The notes under the pieces were generated by a model, which saw only the letters and a program-made list of their open reading frames with translations, did not search any database and was not told the origin of the DNA. Positions 54,101 to 64,000 of a stretch of DNA of 64,000 bases are shown here, piece by piece. A program made the translations under genes and the position numbers. Position 1 is the first letter of the stretch. Each line of letters opens with the position of its first letter. Origin of the DNA: Macrostomum lignano (Eukaryota); the NCBI GenBank assembly GCA_002269645.1, contig NIVC01002236.1, positions 124,001-188,000 of the forward strand. Reading direction: 5' to 3'.

Positions 54101-57100
54101 AGATGGGAGGGAAGAGGTTGATGAGAGGGCGAGAGGGAAATGGGAGGGAAGAGGGAGATGAGAGGGAGAGAGGGAGATGAGAGGGAGAGAGGGAGATGGG
54201 AGGGAGAGAGGGAGATGAGAGGGAGAGAGGGAGATGAGAGGGAGAGAGGGAGATGGGAGGGAAGAGGGAGATGAGAGGGAGAGAGGGAGATGGCAGGGAA
54301 GAGGGAGAGAGGGAGATGGGAGGGAGAGAGGGAGATGAGAGGGAGAGAGGGAGATGAGAGGGAGAGAGGGAGATGGGAGGGAGAGAGGGAGATGGGAGGG
54401 AGAGAGGGAGATGGGAGGGAGAGAGGGAGATGGGAGGGAGAGAGGGAAATGGGAGGGAGAGAGGGAGATGAGAGGGAGAGAGGGAGATGGGAGGGAGAGA
54501 GGGAGATGAGAGGGAGAGAGGGAGATGAGAGGGAGAGAGGGAGATGGGAGGGAAGAGGGAGATGAGAGGGAGAGAGGGAGATGGCAGGGAAGAGGGAGAG
54601 AGGGAGATGGGAGGGAGAGAGGGAGATGAGAGGGAGAGAGGGAGATGAGAGGGAGAGAGGGAGATGGGAGGGAGAGAGGGAGATGGGAGGGAGAGAGGGA
54701 GATGGGAGGGAGAGAGGGAGATGGGAGGGAGAGAGGGAAATGGGAGGGAGAGAGGGAGATGAGAGGGAGAGAGGGAGATGGGGAAATGGCAGGGAAGAGG
54801 GAGAGAGGGAGATGGGAGGGAAGACACAAATTCAGCAATTCGTCGGCAGAGAAACACCGAAACCCGGAGCTGTGGCCAGCAAGTATCGGGGGGGGGAGCT
54901 CAAAGACACGAGTACAACCCCGGAGGAACTCACTAATACTGCTAGGCTTGTCTCCGCTGCCAGCTGCAATATCGGAGGCATCGAGAGCGCTGGAGTCCTG
55001 GCCGGAGCCGCCGCCGCAAGCTCCGGTGTCGCTGTGCCGAGACGAGAGCTCGTCAAAGTTCAACTCCGGCGGTGACGAGTCGCCAGAGTGCAGCAGAAGA
55101 TGAGCAGCAGCGAACTGTTGCTGTTGTTGTTGTTGTTGTTGCTGCTGCTGTTGCTTCCGCTGGCGTTGGCCACTAGGAGAAGAGGCTGCAGCAGCCATGC
55201 TTTGGTGAAGCGGCTCCTGAGGCAGAGTGTGATACGGCGGCTTGTTCATGGCGTCGACTCGGTGGATGTGCACCGGCTGGATGGTGGAGTAGTGCTTCAG
55301 GATCAGCGGCTCCAGACGGTAGGCCTTAAGAAAAATAAGTTAAAAAAATCAATTCTAGACGTGAGATTTGTACTTTTATGGCAATTAGTTATAGGAGATA
55401 TAGATTTCCCTTACATGAGGATATGGGAGATTTCCCTGACATGAGGATATGGGAGATTTCCCTGACATGAGGATATGGGAGAATTCCTGACACGAGGATA
55501 TGGGAGATTTCCCTGACATGAGGATATGGGAGATTTCCCTGACATGAGGATATGGGAGATTTCCCTGACATGAGGATATGGGAGAATTCCCTGACATGAG
55601 GATATGGGAGATTTCCCTGACATGAGGATATGGGAGATTTCCCTGACATGAGGATGTGGGGTAATTCCCTGACATGAGGATATGGGAGATTTCCCTGACA
55701 TGAGGATATGGGAGATTTCCCTGACATGAGGATATGGGAGAATTCCCTGACATGAGGATATGGGAGATTTCCCTGACATGAGGATATGGGAGATTTCCCT
55801 GACATGAGGATATGGGAGATTTCCCTGACATGAGGATATGGGAGAGTTCCCTGACATGAGGATATGGGAGAATTTCCTGACACGAGGATATGGGAGAGTT
55901 CCCTGACATGAGGATATGGGAGAATTCCCTAACACGAGAACATGGGAGCATTCTTCGACATGAGGATATGGGCAAATTTCCCAACGGAGCTAATAACAAA
56001 ATAAAAATAAAATTGAAATTGAAATTTATACTTACAACAGGATCAGCTGGGTGGTAAATATTATAGATTCGGTTCACAATAGACTTTGGCACAATATCCT
56101 CCTGGGTGCCGTTGCCCTTTGGTCGAATGCCGCGCAGAGCCAGAAACACGGCGAGAGGAGAGCCGAGACAGAACAGATTCTCCAGCTGTTGTGTTCGGAG
56201 GTTTTGACATCCAATTAAGATGGAGATTAATCTTTATGAACTAATAATTATTAATTGATATGTGCACCCAAATGTACACCTATCACGAAACAATATTAAA
56301 CAGTGTACAGTCAGCCAGTTAGAAAAGCCAATCCCAGAACCCCCCATCAATCCTAGGCAGTGTACATTCAGCCAGTTAGAAAACTCAACCCCAGAACGAC
56401 CACCTTACTCCACCGCATCAATCCTAGGCAGTGTACATTCATCCAGTTAGAAAACCCAACCCCAGAACCACCACCCTACTCCACCGCATCAATCCAGGCA
56501 GTGTACATTCAGCCAGTTAGAATAGCCAACCCCAGAACCACCACCCCACTCCACCGCATCAATCCAGGCAGTGTACATTCAGCCAGTTAGAAAACTCAAC
56601 CCCAGAACGACCACCCCACTCCACCGCATCAATCCAGGCAGTGTACATTCAGCCAGTTAGAATAGCCAACCCCAGAACGACCACCCCACTCCACCGCATC
56701 AATCCAGGCAGTGTACATTCAGCCAGTTAGAATAGCCAACCCCAGAACGACCACCCCACTCCACCGCATCAATCCAGGCAGTGTACATTCAGCCAGTTAG
56801 AATAGCCAACCCCAGAACCACCACCCCACTCCACCGCATCAATCCAGGCAGTATAAATTCAGTCAGTTAGAATAGCCAACCCCAGAACCACCACCCCACT
56901 TCACCGCATCAATCCAGGCAGTGTACATTCAGCCAGTTAGAATAGCCAACCCCAGAACGACCACCCCACTCCACCGCATCAATCCTAGGTAGTGTACATT
57001 CAGCCAGTTAGAATAGCCAACCCCAGAACGACCACCCCACTCCACTGCATTAATCCTAGGTAGTGTACATTCAGCCAGTTAGAATAGCCAACCCCAGAAC

Positions 57101-58011
57101 CACCACCCCACTCCACCGCATCAATCCAGGCAGTGTACATTCATCCAGTTGAATAGCCAACCGAAGAACCCCCACACCAAACCCTAGCAAGTCTGGGCAG
57201 TGTACACTATCAACCTTAATAGAATAGATAGAATAGAATACTTGTATATTTAGTTAATTTTGGTAAATTTTGCCACAAAGATCATCCGGAGATGATATTA
57301 ACAAACTGCATGGTTATACCAAAAGAAAGAGACAATTCTCATCACTCATAGTTAAAAAGCACAGCTGGCATGTACCTGGCAATAATAAAACACAAGCGCA
57401 TGTCAATGTACATAAACTTTTCAATTTAATAATTAATAAAGACACCTCAATATATTAAGTTAAGCCCCTTCACCAGTTAAAATTGATGTTATCTGGCAAA
57501 TGGTTACTTGTTAATGATTAGTTGCATTACCTGCGGCAAACCTCTCCATAGGGGACCGGATTTAAAATTACTAGGAAAATTGGCTTGCTGCAAAAATGTT
57601 TTCATTTTGGCGCAATTATTGCATTTTTGACTACTTATAAGTATACAAAGATGTATAATAATTGTTCGCATTGTTAGTAATATTTACATTCATTATCCAA
57701 TAAATTCATAACTTACCCGAAAATTGGTGCAAGAATTAGCGCTTTTGTGCTGCTTCTCGGCCATAGACAGCAGGGAGTACTCCAGTTCCGTTACTCTGAA
57801 ACAGTGATTCAGTATCAATAAGTACTGACCTGCTGCAGAAGCACACTGCTCACAATTGCTTACTTCTTGCGAGCCTCGTCCAGTTCTTTCAGCACCTGCT
57901 GACACTCCTCTCTGTCGTTGGACTTGTCGTTCTGAAATTTGAAGATTTATGTGTTTGTCAATATGGACTGAACTCGAGATTTCATGGCTGCATGGAGACA
58001 AATGGGGATGG

Positions 58012-58080
<69 letters not shown>

Positions 58081-58091
58081 AACAGACACAC

Positions 58092-58142
<51 letters not shown>

Positions 58143-61100
58143 AACAGACACAGACAGACAGACACACAGACAGACAGACAGACAGACACACAGACACACA
58201 GGCAGACAGACACAGAGCAGAGGCTCACCAGGTAGCTGTGCACGAACTGGTCATACAGCTGCATGGGATTCCAGCCCATAACAATATCGTAGGTGATGAC
58301 GCAGCCCAGCGAGTGGCCGATGACGGACACTTTGCCGCCAGCCGGCTCAAAGTAGGGGTGCCTGGCGCAGAACATGCTGTACAGGCGGCTGAGCTCCGTC
58401 TGCAGGCCGTGGGTGATCTCGGCGCGGTACAGGGGGCTGGTGTAGTACAGCACGTCCATTGCGGATGAGTTCAACAGGGTGCGAAGGCCGCGGATATTTG
58501 GCGGTGTAATTGAGTCCACGGTGTCGCCTGCGGCATTTTTGTTTTTTATTGTCGTTGATTATTGGTCAGAATTTACTTGCTTATGAGCAGTCATTCCGAT
58601 AGTTTATGAGCAGTCATTCCGATAGTTTATGAGCAGTCATTTTGATGGTTTATGAGCAGTCATTTTCATGGTTTATGAGCAGTCATTTTGATGGTTTATG
58701 AGCAGTCATTTTGATGGTTCATGAGCAGTCATTTTGATGGTTTATGAGCAGTCATTTTGATGGTTTATGAGCAGATATTTTGATGGTTTATGAGCAGTCA
58801 TTTTGATGGTTTATGAGCAGTCATTTTAATGGTTTATGAGCAGTCATTCCGATAGTTTATGAGCAGTCATTTTGATGGTTTATGAGCAGTCATTCCGATA
58901 GTTTATGAGCAGTCATTTTGATGGTTTATGAGCAGTCATTTTGATGGTTTATGAGCAGTCATTTTGATGGTTTATGAGCAGTCATTTTGATAGTTTATGA
59001 GCAGTCATTTTGATGGTTTATGAGCAGTCATTTTGATAGTTTATGAGCAGTCATTCCGATAGTTTATGAGCAGTCATTTTGATGGTTTATGAGCAGTCAT
59101 TCCGATAGTTTATGAGCAGTCATTTTGATGGTTTATGAGCAGCCATTTTGATGGTTTATGAGCAGTTATTTTGATGGTTTATGAGCAGCCACTCTGATAG
59201 TTTATGAGCAGTCACTCTGATAGTTTATGAGCAGTCATTCTGATGGTTTATGAGCAGTCATTGTGATATTTTATGAGCAGTCACTCTGATGATAGTTTAT
59301 GAGCAGTCATTCTGATGGCTTATGAGCAGTCATTGTGATATTTTATGAGCAGTCACTCTGATGATATTTTATGAGCAGTCACTCTGATGATAGTTTATGA
59401 GCAGTCATTCTGATGGTTTATGAGCAGTCATTGTGATATTTTATGAGCAGTCACTCTGATGATAGTTTATGAGCAGTCATTCTGATGGTTTATGAGCAGT
59501 CATTCTGATGGTTTATGAGCAGTCATTCTGATGGTTTATAAGTAATAATTTTGATGATTTATTGTTGGCCATATTTATGGTTTATGAAATCATTGAATTT
59601 TTACAAAGGCTAATTCCAATGGTTTATAAACGGTCATTCTGATAATTGGCACCCCACCCCTTACCATCTAAAGTGAGTGCAGATCTCCATTCGACTGGCA
59701 GAAACTCCACTCTCTGATTCGCGGAATCCAAATCCGGAAAGAATTTCTTCTTAATCCGTTCGCAAGTCTGCCTCAGATCGAAGGCGCATTTAACAATGGC
59801 GCCCGTTCGCATCTTCTGCCCGATGCCGTGAATAACAAAGACTAGATGAGTAATATCAGCCAGCTTCTCTTCAACTTTGGCTTCATCTTTGTACCCTCTG
59901 ACCAGGCGAGCCCCGGTGCGCTGGACGCCGAGTTTCTGCAGGATGAACCGGCTGGTTGAGTCCTGGTACAGGTGCACCTGGCGAAGGTCGTACCAGTTCA
60001 CGTGACAGTCGGTCAGGCGCAGGCTGTGGATGGCTGTGAATGGGTTTTGGGATAATCATTATAGAGTGACAAAATGGGATTTTGGGATAAATCAATTCCC
60101 AGAGTGACAACATGAGATTTTGGGATAAATCACTCCCCCAGAGTGACAAGATAATATTTTGAGATGAATCACTCCCTCAGAGTGACAACATGGGATTTTG
60201 GGATAAATCACTCCCCTAGAGTGACAAGACAGGATTTTTGGATAAATCACTCCTCCAGAGTGACAAGATGGGATTTTGGGATAAATCACTCCGCCAGAGT
60301 GACAAGATGGTATTTTTGGATAAATTACTCCCCCAGAGTGACAAGATGGGATTTTGGGATAAATCACTCCCCCAGAGTGACAAGATGGGATTTTGGGTTG
60401 GATCACTCCCCCAGAGTGACAAGACGGGATTTTGGGATGAATCGCTCTCCCAGAGTGACAAGATGGGATTTTGGGATAAATCACTCCCCTAGAGTGACAA
60501 GATGGGGTTTTGAGATAAATCACTCACCCAGAGTGACAAGATGGGATTTTGAGATAAATCACTCCCCCAGAGTGACAAGATGGGATTTTGAGATAAATCA
60601 CTCCCCAGAGTGACAAGATGGGATTTTAAGATAAATCACTCCCCTAGAGTGACAAGATGGGATTTTGAGATAAATCACTCCCCTAGAGTGACAAGATGGG
60701 ATTTTGAGATAAATCACTCCCCTAGAGTGACAAGATGGGATTTTGAGATAAATCACTCTCCCAGAGTGACAAGATGGTATTTTGGGATAAATTACTCCCC
60801 CAGAGTGACAAGATGGGATTTTGAGATAAATCACTCACCCAGAGTGACAAGATGGTATTTTAGGATAAATTACTCCCCCAGAGTGACAAGACGGGATTTT
60901 GGGATAAATCACTCCTCCAGAGTGACAAGATGGGATTTTGGGATGAATCACCCCCTCAGAGTGACAAGATGGGATTTTAGGATAAATCACTCCCCCAGAG
61001 TGACAACATGGGATTTTAGGATAAATCACTCCTCCAGCACATGAGGACAGCTACAAGAAAATTAATTATAACAGAGAATTACATGGCCAATCACTAACAA

Positions 61101-63368
61101 AATTACAACAGAAAATTGTTGCTAAGGTGTGCCAGCCACGTGAGCACACACTGTACAAGAGTACAAGATTATAAGCCAGAGAAGTTGAAGAAAAGACTCA
61201 AAAAAATCATGCACAATGTCAGTAACAGCCTGTCCAAAATTCCGACAAAGAAATGAGAAGTAAACAATAAAAATTGGAACAAGCTGTCTTTTGAGCCTGT
61301 TAAAAACATTAAAAAAACAAAATTAATAAACTTTTCCATTTCCTCGTTGCACGACTAAGAAAAACACGTGGATGACAAAAAAGTGAAGCCAAGGCCCACA
61401 TACGGGCGAAAGTCAGGGCGTTGATCTCGTCGCAAGTCGACAAGGACTGCTTTAATTTTGCGCCGGCTGGGGTTTGTTTTAAACAAAATTGGGGCAGGTA
61501 ATTGAAAGTGTTCGAAGGAAAAGTAATGAAAACAGCGGATAATGGGGTGGGATATTCGTGATAGCGAGTCAGTGGGTCAGTCAGTGGGTCAGTGGGTCAG
61601 TGGGTCAGTCAGTCAGTGGGTCAGTCAGTGGGTCAGTTAGTCAGTGGGTCAGTCAGTCAGTGGGTCACTCAGTGGGTCAGTCAGTGGGTCAATCAGTGGG
61701 TCAGTCAGTCAGTGGGTCAGTCAGTGGGTCAGTCAGTCAGTGGGTCAGTCAGTGGGTCAGTCAGTCAGTGGGTCAGTGGATCAGTTAGTCAGTGGGTCAG
61801 TCAGTCAGTGGGTCAGTCAGTGGGTCAGTCAGTCAGTGGGTCAGTCAGTCAGTGGGTCAGTCAGTGGGTCAGTCAGTCAGTGGGTCAGTGGATCAGTTAG
61901 TCAGTGGGTCAGTCAGTCAGTGGGTCAGTCAGTGGGTCAGTCAGTCAGTGGGTCAGTCAGTGGGTCAGTCAGTCAGTGGGTCAGTTAGTCAGTGGGTCAG
62001 TCAGTCAGTGGGTCAGTCAGTCAGTGGGTCAGTCAGTGGGTCAGTCAGTCAGTGGGTCAGTGGATCAGTTAGTCAGTGGGTCAGTCAGTCAGTGGGTCAG
62101 TCAGTGGGTCAGTCAGTCAGTGGGTCAGTTAGTCAGTGGGTCAGTCAGTCAGTGGGTCAGTCAGTGGGTCAGTCAGTCAGTGGGTCAGTGGATCAGTTAG
62201 TCAGTGGGTCAGTCAGTCAGTGGGTCAGTCAGTGGGTCAGTTAGTCAGTGGGTCAGTCAGTCAGTGGGTCAGTCAGTGGGTCAGTTAGTCAGTGGGTCAG
62301 TCAGTGGGTCAGTTAGTCAGTGGGTCAGTCAGTCAGTGGGTCAGTCAGTGGGTCAGTCAGTCAGTGGGTCAGTGGATCAGTTAGTCAGTGGGTCAGTCAG
62401 TCAGTGGGTCAGTCAGTGGGTCAGTCAGTCAGTGGGTCAGTTAGTCAGTGGGTCAGTCAGTCAGTGGGTCAGTCAGTGGGTCAGTCAGTCAGTGGGTCAG
62501 TGGATCAGTTAGTCAGTGGGTCAGTCAGTCAGTGGGTCAGTCAGTGGGTCAGTCAGTCAGTGGGTCAGTTAGTCAGTGGGTCAGTCAGTGGGTCAGTGGG
62601 TCAGTCAGTCAGTGGGTCAGTCAGTCAGTGGGTCAGTTAGTCAGTGGGTCAGTCAGTCAGTGGGTCAGTCAGTGGGTCAGTCAGTCAGTGGGTCAGTGGA
62701 TCAGTTAGTCAGTGGGTCAGTCAGTCAGTGGGTCAGTCAGTGGGTCAGTCAGTCAGTGGGTCAGTTAGTCAGTGGGTCAGTCAGTGGGTCAGTTAGTCAG
62801 TGGGTCAGTCAGTCAGTGGGTCAGTCAGTGGGTCAGTCAGTCAGTGGGTCAGTTAGTCAGTGGGTCAGTCAGTGGGTCAGTGGGTCAGTCAGTCAGTGGG
62901 TCACTCAGTGAGTCAGTCAGTAAAAAAATCGATTGAAAGGAAAAAAAGTTATTTCTTGATATTAGCAGGTATTTAAAAAAGATCAAATTATCTCGATCTA
63001 TCAGAAAAGTTAAAAGTTTTAAAAGTCAAGTTGAATTCAACATCAGAAACAAGCAATACTCAACATTTATAAAGTTTATGAAACGGTGCAAATAACATGT
63101 AAACACTGAAAACTGTTCATGCACAAAAAACTTCAGCGCACTTGTTTTCACCTCAACTCACCTTCCTTGGACTTGGAGCTGCCACTGGCGCTGCCGCCGC
63201 CAACGCTGCTGCCTCCTTCGCGACAAACCGGCGACTCCTCGTAGCGAAGGCCTTCGAATTTGGCCAGGTGCTCGGCTTCAATCTGGGCTGCCAGATCTTC
63301 TGGCAGGGGCTGCCAGCCGTTCTCCCGAAACCAGGTGCCGCGGGAGAGCACGGCGGTTTGTTTAACAC
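51150..63368 (-). CDS. DDHD1: DDHD1-type intracellular phospholipase A1 (PA-PLA1), 5'-partial; exons 63368-63162, 60033-59665, 58527-58229, 57931-57864, 57795-57717, 56185-56036, 55324-54934, 51667-51150
   Basis: Motifs [60 protein letters not shown], lipase [34 protein letters not shown] and RLDYQL..SHTAYWS.ED. All eight exons join in phase at GT-AG sites. Confidence 0.95.
51700..52200. repeat. (ataatcac[ag])n minisatellite
   Basis: Direct reading. Confidence 0.95.
52700..53140. repeat. ~31-32-bp minisatellite (gtgtacatctagggtggggatgtggggagcca)
   Basis: Direct reading; multiple GGGG tracts. Confidence 0.93.
53680..54820. repeat. Polypurine minisatellite (gggagagagggagat[g]...)
   Basis: Direct reading; source of the S/L/P-rich ORFs 53658..54857 and 53738..55273. 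Confidence 0.95.
55410..55960. repeat. 26-bp minisatellite (gggagatttccctgacatgaggatat)
   Basis: Direct reading. Confidence 0.95.
56290..57170. repeat. ~60-bp minisatellite (ggcagtgtacattcagccagttagaatagccaaccccagaac...)
   Basis: Direct reading. Confidence 0.93.
58010..58215. repeat. (CAGA)n microsatellite
   Basis: Direct reading. Confidence 0.95.
58580..59540. repeat. 23-bp minisatellite (ttatgagcagtcattttgatggt)
   Basis: Direct reading. Confidence 0.95.
60060..61040. repeat. 39-bp minisatellite (agagtgacaagatgggattttgggataaatcactccccc)
   Basis: Direct reading; 13-aa periodicity in the ORF track. Confidence 0.95.
61560..62920. repeat. (GTCA)n/(GTGGGTCA)n microsatellite
   Basis: Direct reading. 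Confidence 0.97.
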
Positions 63369-63499
63369 CTGGATGCAGGATTTGTTAATTATAAATAAAG
63401 AATTTTGAACTACACGAGTTTTGTTTAATTTAATATTATTTTTAAATTAACGGCGGATGAATTGAATTAACAATTAAGATATTTTAATCAAGTTAAAGT

Positions 63500-64000
63500 T
63501 GATTATCTGAACAATTCCCCTCGAGTCATTGCCAATCTGAACAATTCCCCTCCAGTCATTTCCAATCTGAACAATTCCCCTCGAGTCATTGCCTAGCTGA
63601 ACAATTCCCCTCGAGTCATTGCCTAGCTGAACAATTTCCCTCGAGTCATTGCCTAGCTGAACAATTCCCCTCGAGTCATTGCCTAGCTGAACAATTCCCC
63701 TCGAGTCATTTCCTAGCTGAACAATTCCCTCGAGTCATTGCCTAGCTGAACAATTCCCCTCGAGTCATTTCCTAGCTGAACAATTCCCCTCGAGTCATTG
63801 CCTAGCTGAACAATTCCCCTCGAGTCATTTCCTAGCTGAACAATTCCCCTCCAGTCATTGCATAGCTGAACAATTCCCCTCGAGTCATTGCATAGCTGAA
63901 CAATTCCCCTCGAGTCATTGCCTAGCTGAACAATTCCCCTTGAGTCATTGCCTAGCTGAACAATTCCCCTCGAGTCATTGCCTAGCTGAACAATTCCCCT
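63500..64000. repeat. 30-bp minisatellite (gaacaattcccctcgagtcattgcctagct)
   Basis: Direct reading; runs off the window. Confidence 0.95.

Noticed and set aside
53658-54933. S/L/P-rich extension of ORF 53738..55273
   Set aside because: Lies past the GTGAGT donor at 54933; it is intronic polypurine repeat.

Overview
Eukaryotic (animal) genomic DNA with GC-rich exons, GT-AG introns and a different micro/minisatellite in almost every intron and intergenic gap. This architecture, together with a USP gene, suggests a free-living flatworm such as Macrostomum, but that is an inference. Genes reconstructed by splicing, left to right: a C3HC4 RING protein (+); a divergent CNOT9/RCD1 (+); a universal-stress-protein gene with a 1-nt frameshift (-); an orphan secreted acidic 99-aa protein (-), head-to-head with a secreted takeout/JHBP + group-7-allergen tandem lipid-binding protein (+); three intact copies of a 92-aa TTP/TIS11-type tandem-CCCH mini-gene (copy A inside long inverted repeats, copies B and C forming a palindrome); a 5'-truncated RT-RNase H LINE inserted in a microsatellite; and a co-directional minus-strand run of DDHD1 (5' end off-window), SMIM12, an atypical Mia40/CHCHD4-like gene and an orphan membrane protein, which may be a trans-spliced operon. 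A CORE-SINE is also present. Most long ORFs in the supplied track are stop-free reading frames of tandem repeats and are rejected. Family assignments are by motif recognition from memory; no database search was run.
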